This document shows positions 36,057 to 46,254 of a DNA stretch of 64,000 bases, piece by piece. The notes beneath the pieces are model-generated. The model was not told the origin of the DNA and searched no databases. It was given only the letters and a program-made list of their open reading frames with translations. Position 1 is the stretch's first letter; every line of letters starts with the position of its first letter. Source of the stretch: an uncultured Pelagibacteraceae bacterium. GTDB lineage: Bacteria; Pseudomonadota; Alphaproteobacteria; Pelagibacterales; AG-422-B15. Both the position numbers and the translations under genes were made by a program. Where the stretch lies: positions 6,582 through 70,581 of the forward strand of contig CACPLH010000002.1 in NCBI GenBank assembly GCA_902634765.1, given 5' to 3'.

Positions 36057-37298
36057 ATGAAATATTCTGCAATTAATTTAGTTCGGAATGCCTTTTCCTA
36101 TCATGAAAATTGGCAAAAAGCATGGAGTAGTCCAGAGTTAAAAAAAGAATATGATGTAATAATAGTTGGTGGTGGGGGCCATGGATTGGGTACAGCTTAC
36201 TATTTAGCAAAAGAATTTGGAGTTAAAAACATTGCCCTTTTAGAAAAAGGATGGATTGGTGGAGGCAATACTGGAAGAAACACTACAATAATTAGATCAA
36301 ATTATTTATGGGATGAAAGCGCTGCACTTTACAACCACGCTGTTAACTTATGGGAAGGGTTATCTAGTGAACTTAACTTTAATGTAATGTTTTCTCAGAG
36401 AGGCTTATATCACCTTGCACACTCAGTTCATGATATGCAGGAGATTACTCGTCGAGCATATTCAAATTACTTAAATGGAATCGATGCTGAAATACTTAAT
36501 CAGGATCAGGTAAAGAAAAATATACCTCATATGAATGTGAATGGAAGATATCCAGTCTTAGGAGCAATACTTCAACGAAGAGCTGGAACTGCAAGACACG
36601 ACGCAGTTGCATGGGGTTATGCTCGAGCTGCAGAGAATTTAGGAGTTGATATTATTCAAAACTGTGAAGTTACTGGAATAGATGTTTCCAATGGAACTGT
36701 TACAGGACTGCAGACAACCAAAGGATCGGTTAATGCAAAAAAAGTAGGTCTTGTTCCAGCTGGACACAGTTCTGTACTAGCTAATATGGCTGGTTTTCGA
36801 TTACCAATAAGTTCTGTTCCTCTACAGGCTTTGGTAAGTGAGCCGATAAAACCAATTTTAGACTGCGTAATTATGTCTAATACAGTACATGTATACGTGA
36901 GCCAATCTGACAAAGGAGAGCTTGTTGTTGGAGCAGGTTCAGATTCCTATAATTCTTATTCTCAAAGAGGTTCATTTGATATGATTGAACATATTATGGG
37001 ACCATTAACTGAATTATTTCCAATATTTTCTCGATTAAAAATGTTACGACAATGGGGAGGAATTGTAGACGTTACTCCCGACAGAAGTCCGATAATAGGA
37101 AAAACTCCTATTGAAAATTTATTTATTAATTGTGGCTGGGGTACAGGAGGCTTTAAAGCAACACCTGGTTCGGCACATGTATTTGCTGAAACTGTTGCGA
37201 AAGGAGAGCCAAATAAAATTGCTGCTCCATTTTCGATTGAAAGACATTTTAGTGGCGCTTTAGTTGATGAAGCTGCAGCTGCAGCGGTGGCTCATTAG
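36057..37298 (+). CDS. soxB: Sarcosine oxidase beta subunit
   Basis: 413 aa with [22 protein letters not shown]. Full-length similarity to heterotetrameric SoxB. Confidence 0.9.
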   Translation: MKYSAINLVRNAFSYHENWQKAWSSPELKKEYDVIIVGGGGHGLGTAYYLAKEFGVKNIALLEKGWIGGGNTGRNTTIIRSNYLWDESAALYNHAVNLWEGLSSELNFNVMFSQRGLYHLAHSVHDMQEITRRAYSNYLNGIDAEILNQDQVKKNIPHMNVNGRYPVLGAILQRRAGTARHDAVAWGYARAAENLGVDIIQNCEVTGIDVSNGTVTGLQTTKGSVNAKKVGLVPAGHSSVLANMAGFRLPISSVPLQALVSEPIKPILDCVIMSNTVHVYVSQSDKGELVVGAGSDSYNSYSQRGSFDMIEHIMGPLTELFPIFSRLKMLRQWGGIVDVTPDRSPIIGKTPIENLFINCGWGTGGFKATPGSAHVFAETVAKGEPNKIAAPFSIERHFSGALVDEAAAAAVAH

Positions 37299-37302
37299 TT
37301 AT

Positions 37303-37578
37303 ATGTTTGTTATTAAGTGTCCATATTGTGGTGAAAGAGATCAAACTGAATTCTCATGTCATGGAGAAGCTCATATTGCAAGGCCAGAAAACCCAGAAAC
37401 CCTTACTGATGAAGAGTGGGGAGAATATCTTTTTATTAGATCAAATAAAAAAGGCATCCATTATGAAAGATGGACGCATGATCATGGTTGTAGACGATGG
37501 TTCAATGTAATGAGAGACACTATTTCTGATGAAATACTTGCAACTTACAAAATGGGTGAGGAAAAACCTAAATCATAA
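37303..37578 (+). CDS. soxD: Sarcosine oxidase delta subunit
   Basis: MFVIKCPYCGERDQTEF is the typical SoxD N-terminus. I start it at ATG 37303 rather than the track's 37264, which overlaps soxB. Confidence 0.88.
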   Translation: MFVIKCPYCGERDQTEFSCHGEAHIARPENPETLTDEEWGEYLFIRSNKKGIHYERWTHDHGCRRWFNVMRDTISDEILATYKMGEEKPKS

Positions 37579-37580
37579 TT

Positions 37581-40500
37581 ATGAGTAATCAAAATAGAAT
37601 ATACAAAGGAGGAAGAATCGATAGAGATCAAGCTATTAATTTTAAGTTTAATGGTAAAGAATACATTGGATATCAAGGAGATACACTTGCATCTGCATTG
37701 TTAGCTAATGATGTTCATTTAATAGGTAGAAGTTTCAAATACCATAGACCAAGAGGAATACTCACTTCTGGCTCTGAAGAGCCAAATGCTCTGGTACAGC
37801 TTGGTTTAGGAGCAAGGACTGAGCCTAACATGAGAGCTACTGAAATTGAGATTTATGAAGGCCTTGAGGCCTCTAGTCAAAATTGTTGGCCATCAGTGAA
37901 TTTTGATATTGGCAGTATCAATAACTTTCTATCAAGAGTTTTTCCTGCTGGTTTTTATTATAAGACTTTTATGTGGCCACCAAGTTTATGGCTATTCTAT
38001 GAACACTTTATTCGAAAAGCAGCTGGACTTGGAGTTGCTCCAACAGCCAAGAATCCTGATCGATATGAGCAAAAATTTCACTACTGTGATATCCTTGTAG
38101 TAGGAGGAGGCGCCTCAGGGTTAATGTCAGCTCTTGCAGCTGGAAGATCAGGCTGTGATGTTCTACTTATTGATGAAAAGCCTGAGCCAGGAGGATACTT
38201 AAGAAATACATCAGCAAAAATTGATAATCTAAATTCAAATGACTGGACAAACGAAATTTTAAAAGAATTGGAGTCTTATGATAATGTTACAATTCTAAAT
38301 CGAACAGCTGTAATGGGATATTATGACTATAATTATCTTACAGCTCTTCAAAAAGTTACAAATCACTTACCTTATTTATCTGATAAAATGCCGAGGGAGA
38401 GATATTGGAGAATAAGAGCTAAAAAAGTTATTTTGGCACAAGGTGCGTTTGAGAGACCTCTTGTATTTTCAGGAAATGATCGGCCGGGAATTATGTTAGC
38501 CTCTGCAGCCAGAACATACCTTAATCAATTTGGTGTTTTGCCCGGAAAATCAGTTATCCTTTTCACAAATAATGACCATGCCTATGGAACAGCAATTGAT
38601 TTTGCAAATAAAGGAGCAAAGGTAACAATTGTAGACAATAGAGAAGATATTCCTTCTGAGTTGAGTGATAGATGTAATAAAGTAAAAATTAAAATTTATC
38701 CATCTCATTCAATAATTAATACCCAAGGGTACCAAAAAGTTAAAAAAGTTGAGATACAAAAAGTTGATCAAGATAATAATGAACTAACTGGCAGTCTAAG
38801 AGAAATTGAATGTGATCTTGTTCTAATGTCAGGTGGATGGAATCCTTCGGTTCAACTATTTAGTCAATCAAGAGGTAAGCTTGAATATCATAGTAAATTA
38901 AATTCATTCATTCCAAAAGATTTGATTAAAAACCAAAAGGTTGTTGGATGCAATAATGGAGACTTTAATTTATTAGAAGTTTTAAAAAATTCTTATCAAG
39001 CAGGTTTAGATTTTGCAACTGAACTCGGAAAGTCTGCAAATAAAAGTTTAGAAATTGAAACTGCATTTGAAGACTTGGAGTTTACCGAAGCGAAGGTTGA
39101 ACCATATATGATTGGAAAAAAGAAAGTTACTCATGGATCTAAACACTTTGTTGATTTTCAACATGATGTAACAGCAGCTGATATTTTTCTAGCGCAAAGA
39201 GAAGGATATATAAGCGTTGAGCATACTAAGCGATACACGACTACTGGAATGGGAACCGATCAGGGAAAAACGTCAAATGTTAATGCTTTAGCTTTAATGT
39301 CACATATTCACGATAAGCCAGTTGACAATATCGGTCATACTACCTTTAGACCGCCTTATTCTCCACAAACAATAGGAGCCATTGCAGGTAGAAACGTTGA
39401 TCATTTATTTGATCCTGAGAGAAAGACAGCTATTCATCAATGGCATGTTGATAATGGTGCTGAATTTGAAGATGTAGGTCAATGGAAAAGACCACACTAC
39501 TTTCCTCAAAAAAATGAAAACATTCACGATGCTGTAAATAGAGAATGTAGGGCTGTAAGAAATAGCTTAGGTATTCTTGATGCCTCCACATTAGGTAAAA
39601 TTGATTTACAGGGACCTGATGTCGCAAAGTTTCTAAACCTTATATATACCAATGCATGGTCAAAGCTTGAGGTAGGTTCTTGTCGTTATGGTTTAATGTG
39701 TAATGAGCATGGAATGGTATTTGATGATGGAGTCACAACCAGAATTTCAGAAAATCGATATCATATGACCACCACTACTGGTGGCGCTGCGAGAGTTATG
39801 TCATGGTTAGAGGAATTTCTTCAAACTGAGTGGCTTGATATGGAAGTTTTTTGTACTTCTGTTACGGAGCAATGGACTGTTCTCAGTATTTCTGGCCCTA
39901 ACTCAAGAGAGTTTTTATCAAGTCTTACTGATATAGATATTTCAAAGGGAGCCTTTCCTTTCATGAAAATGAAAGAGGGTAAAGTGTGCGGAATTGATGC
40001 AAGAATATTTAGAATTAGTTTTACGGGTGAATTGAGTTTTGAAATTAATGTTCCATCTAGATATGGTTTATTCGTTTGGAATGAGTTTATGAAGCATGGA
40101 AAAAAATATGACATTACTCCTTATGGCACTGAGTCAATGCATGTCTTAAGAGCGGAAAAAGGCTTTATCATTGTTGGACAAGATACTGATGGCAGTGTTA
40201 CTCCTAAAGATATAAATATGGATTGGATTGTTTCTAAGAAAAAAGAAGATTTTCTTGGTAAGCGTTCTTTTTCAAGGTCAGATACAAGACGAACTGATAG
40301 AAAACAACTTGTAGGTCTTTTAGTAAATGACAAAAAGACTGTCTTGCCTGAAGGCAGTTATGTTGTTGATGAAGCAAAACCGAGGCCACCAATGGACATG
40401 ATTGGCCATGTAAGTTCTAGTTATTATAGTCCAACATGCGATCATCCCATTGCTCTTGCATTAATTAAAAATGGTTTAAACCGTATGGGTGATGTTGTGA

Positions 40501-40589
40501 AAATTCCACTAATGAGCGGTAAAGTAATCGATGCAACAATCACAGACTCAATATTTTATGATAAGGAAGGGGCTCGAAATAATGAGTAA
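37581..40589 (+). CDS. soxA: Sarcosine oxidase alpha subunit
   Basis: 1002 aa. Has GDTLASALLAN..GRSFKYHRPRGI, the VVGGGASG dinucleotide motif, and a C-terminal GcvT-like folate domain. Confidence 0.9.
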   Translation: MSNQNRIYKGGRIDRDQAINFKFNGKEYIGYQGDTLASALLANDVHLIGRSFKYHRPRGILTSGSEEPNALVQLGLGARTEPNMRATEIEIYEGLEASSQNCWPSVNFDIGSINNFLSRVFPAGFYYKTFMWPPSLWLFYEHFIRKAAGLGVAPTAKNPDRYEQKFHYCDILVVGGGASGLMSALAAGRSGCDVLLIDEKPEPGGYLRNTSAKIDNLNSNDWTNEILKELESYDNVTILNRTAVMGYYDYNYLTALQKVTNHLPYLSDKMPRERYWRIRAKKVILAQGAFERPLVFSGNDRPGIMLASAARTYLNQFGVLPGKSVILFTNNDHAYGTAIDFANKGAKVTIVDNREDIPSELSDRCNKVKIKIYPSHSIINTQGYQKVKKVEIQKVDQDNNELTGSLREIECDLVLMSGGWNPSVQLFSQSRGKLEYHSKLNSFIPKDLIKNQKVVGCNNGDFNLLEVLKNSYQAGLDFATELGKSANKSLEIETAFEDLEFTEAKVEPYMIGKKKVTHGSKHFVDFQHDVTAADIFLAQREGYISVEHTKRYTTTGMGTDQGKTSNVNALALMSHIHDKPVDNIGHTTFRPPYSPQTIGAIAGRNVDHLFDPERKTAIHQWHVDNGAEFEDVGQWKRPHYFPQKNENIHDAVNRECRAVRNSLGILDASTLGKIDLQGPDVAKFLNLIYTNAWSKLEVGSCRYGLMCNEHGMVFDDGVTTRISENRYHMTTTTGGAARVMSWLEEFLQTEWLDMEVFCTSVTEQWTVLSISGPNSREFLSSLTDIDISKGAFPFMKMKEGKVCGIDARIFRISFTGELSFEINVPSRYGLFVWNEFMKHGKKYDITPYGTESMHVLRAEKGFIIVGQDTDGSVTPKDINMDWIVSKKKEDFLGKRSFSRSDTRRTDRKQLVGLLVNDKKTVLPEGSYVVDEAKPRPPMDMIGHVSSSYYSPTCDHPIALALIKNGLNRMGDVVKIPLMSGKVIDATITDSIFYDKEGARNNE

Positions 40590-41148
40590 TACGAATTCCC
40601 CTTTGCAAAGTAAAGATCAAATAAAATCATCCAATATTAATCTTGAATATATGGATTTTATTGGAAAAATTAATTTAAGGATAAGAGATGCTGACACTGA
40701 TGTTCTCAATAAGGTTTCAGCTTACTTGGGTTACGAGTTACCAAAAAATTCTGGTGAAGTAAGTACAAATGATGAGTCTAGAACTGCATGGCTTGGACCA
40801 AATGAATTTTTAATTCAATGCGCTGAAGATAAAAAAGACAATTTTATTGAGGATCTTAATAGAAATTTAAATGATTGTTTCTATGCTTTAACGGACGTGT
40901 CTGATTATTACATAACTATTCGATTGAGCGGGAAAAAAAGTATTGATGTTTTAGAAAAAGGCTGTCCTTTAAATTTTAAAGAATATTTAAAAAATAAAAA
41001 TACGTGTGCTCAGTCTTATATATCCAAAGGAACAGTATTAATTGATAGATTATCAGAAGATCAAGTTTTTGATATCTTGATTAGATGGAGTTTCGCGGAT
41101 TATTTGTGGGATTGGCTCTCAGACTCCTGCTCTGAGTTTGTAGACTAG
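40582..41148 (+). CDS. soxG: Sarcosine oxidase gamma subunit
   Basis: Position after soxA and size (about 189 aa from ATG 40582, an 8-nt overlap ATGAGTAA). The sequence itself is weakly diagnostic. Confidence 0.75.
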   Translation: MSNTNSPLQSKDQIKSSNINLEYMDFIGKINLRIRDADTDVLNKVSAYLGYELPKNSGEVSTNDESRTAWLGPNEFLIQCAEDKKDNFIEDLNRNLNDCFYALTDVSDYYITIRLSGKKSIDVLEKGCPLNFKEYLKNKNTCAQSYISKGTVLIDRLSEDQVFDILIRWSFADYLWDWLSDSCSEFVD

Positions 41149-41151
41149 GAG

Positions 41152-41532
41152 ATGGAAGGAATTAAAACTTCACTAATCAGGGTATTATTGAATGGAATAC
41201 TAAAAAAGTGCCCTAATTGCAGTAAGGGAAAAATTTTCTCGGGATATTTAAGCATCAATAAATATTGCAGCCATTGCAATGAGCACTTATCAATTTATCG
41301 AACAGATGATTTTGGACCATGGCTATCAATAGTATTAGCTGGCCACATCGTAGTACCTCTTGTTTTAAGTGCTGAACAAACTTTTGCGCCACCTTTATGG
41401 CTTCAGGCTATTATATGGATACCTTTTTCATTGTTTGTTGTTTTATATCTTCTTCCTATATCGAAAAGTATATGCCTTGCAATTATGTGGCGATTAAAAA
41501 TGAAGAATCAAGAAATAGATGATCATGTTTAG
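41152..41532 (+). CDS. DUF983-like zinc-ribbon membrane protein
   Basis: 126 aa with CPNC..x..CSHC knuckles followed by two hydrophobic helices. Starts 3 nt after soxG. Confidence 0.6.
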   Translation: MEGIKTSLIRVLLNGILKKCPNCSKGKIFSGYLSINKYCSHCNEHLSIYRTDDFGPWLSIVLAGHIVVPLVLSAEQTFAPPLWLQAIIWIPFSLFVVLYLLPISKSICLAIMWRLKMKNQEIDDHV

Positions 41533-41577
41533 TTGCACAATCTTTGATTTTTAAATTTAAAGTCATATATATTCAAC

Positions 41578-42786
41578 ATGAGAATTGCAATTATAGGCAC
41601 AGGAATATCTGCACTTTCAACTGCCTTCTACTTAGAGAAAAATATTGATATCGACTTATATGACTCTGAAGATCGACTTGGTGGCCATACCGATACTCAT
41701 TTAATAAATTTAACAAATAAAGAAATTCGTGTTGATACTGGCTTTATAGTTTGCAATGATCGAAATTATAAGAATTTTTTTCAACTTATAAATAAATGTA
41801 ATGTTAGTTTGAATGAATCCGACATGTCTTACAGCTCATCAATTAATGATAGAACTTGGTGTTCAAAAGATTTTTTCAAACCAAGTTATTATTTGTCTTT
41901 TTTTAATATTAAATTTTTATTTAATATTCTTAAGTTCAATAAACTTGGAAGAAAAGATATCAATGATGAATTACCAATATCTGAATGGCTAAATTTAAAT
42001 AATTTTTCTAAAAATTTTGCTGAAAATTATATTTATCCTATGTCAGCCGCTATCTGGTCAATGAATCCTAATCAAATAAGCGACTTTCCAACAAATCGAT
42101 TACTTAGTTTTTTTAATAACCATGGTTTATTGGATATTTTTAATCGTCCAAAATGGTATTCAATAAAAAATGGAAGTTCATCTTATATTAAAAAAATTTT
42201 AAATAAGACAAGTGTAAAAAATATTAAATTATCTGAAGCTATTAGTATCAAAAGAGATGAGGATAAAATTACTATAATTAATAATGACTTAAAAACTGAT
42301 TATGATTATGTCATTTTTACATGTAATACAAAGCAGATTAGTAAAATTTTAATTGATCAAACTAAAGATGAAACAGAGGCCTACTCATACTTTGAATACT
42401 TAGATAATAAAGTTGTACTTCATAATGACACTTCTTTAATGCCTGAAGATAGATCTAAGTGGTCATCTTGGAATTCAATTAAAAAAGACAATGATCAATA
42501 TGTAACTTATTGGATGAACAATTTACAGAAATTAGATACTAATGAAAATATTTTTGTAACACTTGGAATATTTAATATTTTAAATTCAAATAAAATTTTT
42601 CGTGCAAAAAAATATGATCATATTGTCTACAAAAAAAGAACTATAATTGGTCAGGAAAAGATTGAGTATTTACAGGGTAAGAATAGATTATTCTATGCTG
42701 GTGCATATTTAGGTTATGGTTTTCATGAGGATGGTGTAAAATCTGGAATGAGAGTTGCTCAAATGATAAATGATTTAAAAGGATGA
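41578..42786 (+). CDS. NAD(P)/FAD-dependent oxidoreductase (amine oxidase/desaturase-like)
   Basis: 402 aa. Has the IAIIGTGISALSTA Rossmann motif and RLGGHTDT. First gene of the FAD-oxidoreductase/DUF1365/CFA-synthase trio. Confidence 0.75.
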   Translation: MRIAIIGTGISALSTAFYLEKNIDIDLYDSEDRLGGHTDTHLINLTNKEIRVDTGFIVCNDRNYKNFFQLINKCNVSLNESDMSYSSSINDRTWCSKDFFKPSYYLSFFNIKFLFNILKFNKLGRKDINDELPISEWLNLNNFSKNFAENYIYPMSAAIWSMNPNQISDFPTNRLLSFFNNHGLLDIFNRPKWYSIKNGSSSYIKKILNKTSVKNIKLSEAISIKRDEDKITIINNDLKTDYDYVIFTCNTKQISKILIDQTKDETEAYSYFEYLDNKVVLHNDTSLMPEDRSKWSSWNSIKKDNDQYVTYWMNNLQKLDTNENIFVTLGIFNILNSNKIFRAKKYDHIVYKKRTIIGQEKIEYLQGKNRLFYAGAYLGYGFHEDGVKSGMRVAQMINDLKG

Positions 42787-43517
42787 TACAAAGTTCTATT
42801 TATTACGGTGAGGTTCTGCACAGCAGAAACCGTCCAAAAAAACACTCATTCAAATATAAGTACAGATCACTATTCAATAAAAATATTTATGACTTTAAAT
42901 TAAAAAAATTTAATAAACTTAAATTTAATTTTTCATCATATGATTTTCATGAAAAGATTATTAGTGAAAAAATAATTAAGTGGTTTGTAGGATATATAGA
43001 AAAAAACTCACTAAGTTTAGATCATATTTCATTAGATTTGCTAAAAACACCAAATTTATTTCTTAAGAGATCCTTTAATCCTGTATGTTTTTGGTTTCTG
43101 AGGAAAAATGGTAAAACAATTTCATATATAGCGGAAGTTACAAATACATTTAGAGAGAAACAGGTTTACTATATTCAAAACCAAGGTAAAGAAATTGAAA
43201 ACAATTTATGGCTAGAGGCAGATAAGAGGATGTACGTATCTCCTTTCGCTGATAAGGTTGGCAAATATAGATTTCAACTAGATGATCAATCTTTGACAAT
43301 CAAAATTAATGAATTTGACCCAAGTAATAATCTTGAAATAGTTACAAGGCTATCAGGAACTATAATGAAGTATAATAGGCTTAATTTTTTGTATTTCGTA
43401 TGTTCTTTATACTTGAATTCACTTTCTGTACTGCCTAAAATTCACTATCAAGCTTTTCGTCTTTGGAGAAAAAAGCTTAAAGTATTTAGTCATAAAGGAA
43501 ATGGTTATGCTGAGTAG
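42783..43517 (+). CDS. DUF1365-family protein
   Basis: 244 aa. The N-terminus IYYGEVLHSRNRPKKHSFKYKY fits the DUF1365 G-x-V-x-H-x-R..P..H-x-F-x-Y pattern. An ATGA overlap joins it to the upstream gene. Confidence 0.7.
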   Translation: MIQSSIYYGEVLHSRNRPKKHSFKYKYRSLFNKNIYDFKLKKFNKLKFNFSSYDFHEKIISEKIIKWFVGYIEKNSLSLDHISLDLLKTPNLFLKRSFNPVCFWFLRKNGKTISYIAEVTNTFREKQVYYIQNQGKEIENNLWLEADKRMYVSPFADKVGKYRFQLDDQSLTIKINEFDPSNNLEIVTRLSGTIMKYNRLNFLYFVCSLYLNSLSVLPKIHYQAFRLWRKKLKVFSHKGNGYAE

Positions 43518-44670
43518 TATTCTTAAAAAAAATATTGAAAAAGGCTTGAGTAAAATTCAAGTCAATAAAATTCAGGTTACTTATCCAGATAAATCAATAT
43601 CAGTCTTTGGAAACTCAGGACCTACTGTCGACTTAAAAATTAATTCTTGGAAAATGCTCTGGCTTGCTATTACTCGAGGTGACATTGGTTTAGCAGAGGG
43701 TTACTTTGAAAATCATTGGAGCACAACCAATCTTCTAGATCTGATGGAGTTCTTTTCTCTAAATGTTGACTATATAACTGAAATTTCAGATGGAAAAAAT
43801 GTTTTTAAAATATTTACTTATATCTATCATCTTAGAAATAAGAATAGTATTTCTGGAAGTAAGAAAAATATTCTAGCTCATTATGATTTAGGAAATAGTT
43901 TTTATCAGAAATGGCTTGATAGTACGATGACTTACTCATCAGCTTTTTTTGACAATAAAAAAATGTCATTAGCTGAAGCACAAGAAAATAAATATCAAAG
44001 GATAATTGATAAATTAGAGCTTAAGCCGGGACAATCAATCCTTGAGATAGGTTGTGGTTGGGGCGGTTTTATGGAATATGCATCAAAAAAAGGTTTTAAT
44101 GTTAAAGGTATTACCATATCTGATGAGCAACATAAATTTGCAACAGAGAGACTTTCAAAAGTAGATAATAATCCTGAGGTAGTCTTAAAAGACTATAGGC
44201 TTATTGAAGGAAAATTTGATGCCGTTGTCTCAATAGAAATGTTTGAAGCTGTAGGAAAAGAATATTGGAATAGCTACTTTAGCAAAGTAAGAGAGTTATT
44301 GAATAAAAACGGTAAAGCACTTATTCAGACAATTACAATCGATGATGCATTATTTGATAAATATGCAAGAACAACAGATTTCATACAAACGTATATTTTT
44401 CCTGGAGGCTTATTGGCATCAGACGGTGTTTTCAAATCAATGGCTGATAAATTTAAGCTTAAAACACTCAATACAAAGTCATTTGCTCATGACTATGCAA
44501 AAACCCTTGAGATATGGTTTCATCAGTTTAATGATAATTGGGATGATATTTCAAAGCTTGGCTTTAATGATAGATTTAAAAAACTATGGGATTTTTATTT
44601 AGCCTATTGTCGGGGAGGATTTTTATCTACAAGAATAAATGTTTCACAATATTTATTTGAAGCGAAGTGA
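43501..44670 (+). CDS. Cyclopropane-fatty-acyl-phospholipid synthase family SAM methyltransferase
   Basis: 389 aa. Has HYDLGNSFY, the ILEIGCGWGG SAM motif, and a C-terminal YLAYC. Confidence 0.85.
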   Translation: MVMLSSILKKNIEKGLSKIQVNKIQVTYPDKSISVFGNSGPTVDLKINSWKMLWLAITRGDIGLAEGYFENHWSTTNLLDLMEFFSLNVDYITEISDGKNVFKIFTYIYHLRNKNSISGSKKNILAHYDLGNSFYQKWLDSTMTYSSAFFDNKKMSLAEAQENKYQRIIDKLELKPGQSILEIGCGWGGFMEYASKKGFNVKGITISDEQHKFATERLSKVDNNPEVVLKDYRLIEGKFDAVVSIEMFEAVGKEYWNSYFSKVRELLNKNGKALIQTITIDDALFDKYARTTDFIQTYIFPGGLLASDGVFKSMADKFKLKTLNTKSFAHDYAKTLEIWFHQFNDNWDDISKLGFNDRFKKLWDFYLAYCRGGFLSTRINVSQYLFEAK

Positions 44671-45215
44671 TAAACAAAAGTTTTTTATTCACTGTTTTAC
44701 TAATTAGCTCTCTCTTTAACATCTCCAATGTATTTGCTGATCAAAATGACCCCAGGTTGGATATTCTCTTTCTAAATGTGAAAGACTCTCAAAATGAAGC
44801 TACTTCTTCAATTTATATCACAAGTATCTGGAGGATATGGAGTGAGACAAATAATCAAAATTCTCAGCAATTATATGATCTGGGTAATCAACTATTAAAA
44901 CAACGTAAATATGAGCAGTCATTGGTTATATTTACTGACTTAGTTAATAAAGAGCCAAATTTTGCAGAAGGATGGAATAAAAGAGCAACCCTTCATTTTT
45001 TGATGGGTAATTTTAATGAGTCTATTCAAGATATTAATAAGACATTAGCTTTAGAGCCTCGTCATTTTGGAGCTTTAGATGGCTTAGGTCAGATACAATT
45101 TAAATTAAATAACTTTTATGAGTCTATTCAAACTTATGAAAAGTTATTAACAATAGTTCCTCATAGTTCCAGCGCAAAAAAAATGTTAAAACTTATGAAT
45201 GCACAATTCATCTAG
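44667..45215 (+). CDS. Secreted TPR-repeat protein
   Basis: 182 aa. Has a signal-like N-terminus and TPR-like repeats (AEGWNKRATLHFLMGNFNESIQD...). Its GTG start overlaps the upstream stop. Confidence 0.65.
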   Translation: MINKSFLFTVLLISSLFNISNVFADQNDPRLDILFLNVKDSQNEATSSIYITSIWRIWSETNNQNSQQLYDLGNQLLKQRKYEQSLVIFTDLVNKEPNFAEGWNKRATLHFLMGNFNESIQDINKTLALEPRHFGALDGLGQIQFKLNNFYESIQTYEKLLTIVPHSSSAKKMLKLMNAQFI

Positions 45216-46254
45216 ATTCGGTAAAATTCTTTTTCTATCACTTATATTTATCTTATTAACAATAGCTATGACTATGACAGAAAATACTAAAAGAACTCCA
45301 GAACATCACTTAGAAAATGGAACATTTGTAAATACAAACGGTACTGCAAACAATAAAAAATTGAAAGAGCTCTGGAAATGGATGACAGGGAAAAAAGAAA
45401 CAAAGGCTATCCCAATTGAATTTGAGATGGTTGATCCAGACTTAAAATTGATCAATCAAGATAAATCATTTTCTATTACTTGGATTGGCCATGCTTCTTT
45501 TCTATATCAAAATAAAGAACTTAACATATTAACTGACCCTCATCTTACTAATAGAGCATCACCAATTAATTTTGCTGGACCACAAAGGTATACAAAACCA
45601 GCAATGAAATTTGAGGAATTGCCTAAGATTGACTTTATTACTATTTCTCATAATCACTATGATCATCTTGACTTGAAAACAGTAAAGTGGATTGCTAAAA
45701 ATAACCCTGATGCAATGTTTCTTGTACCATTAGGATTAAAGAAGTGGTTTTTGGACAAATCAATAAATAATGTAATTGAATTAGACTGGTGGGAAAGCCA
45801 CATTATTAATGATACAAAAATAACCTTTACACCAGTACAGCACTGGTCTTCTAGGACTCTATTTGACCGAAATCAAACTTTATGGGGTGGGTGGTATATC
45901 AAAAATAATCATCATTCATTAATCCATCTTGGAGACACAGGATATAGCAACGATTTTAAAGAAACATTTAAAAAACTTGGACCTGTTGATTTAGCGCTTA
46001 TTCCAATTGGAGCATATGCCCCCAGATGGTTTATGCAGTTTTCCCATATGAATCCTAATGAAGCTGTTCAAGCCTTTATTGATTTGAAAGCTGAAAAAGC
46101 AATTGGAATGCATTGGGGTACTTTTATTTTAACTGATGAACCTGTTGATGAGCCTCCATTAAAACTTGAGGAAGAGTTAGAGATTAGATCTTTAGATTCG
46201 AAATCATTTATTACAATGATACATGGTCAAACTATTAACTTGAGCGAAGACTAA
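45199..46254 (+). CDS. Membrane-anchored metallo-beta-lactamase-fold hydrolase (NAPE-PLD-like)
   Basis: 351 aa. Has an N-terminal TM, ITWIGHASF..ILTDPHL, and the HxHxDH motif SHNHYDHLD. Confidence 0.75.
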   Translation: MHNSSRFGKILFLSLIFILLTIAMTMTENTKRTPEHHLENGTFVNTNGTANNKKLKELWKWMTGKKETKAIPIEFEMVDPDLKLINQDKSFSITWIGHASFLYQNKELNILTDPHLTNRASPINFAGPQRYTKPAMKFEELPKIDFITISHNHYDHLDLKTVKWIAKNNPDAMFLVPLGLKKWFLDKSINNVIELDWWESHIINDTKITFTPVQHWSSRTLFDRNQTLWGGWYIKNNHHSLIHLGDTGYSNDFKETFKKLGPVDLALIPIGAYAPRWFMQFSHMNPNEAVQAFIDLKAEKAIGMHWGTFILTDEPVDEPPLKLEEELEIRSLDSKSFITMIHGQTINLSED

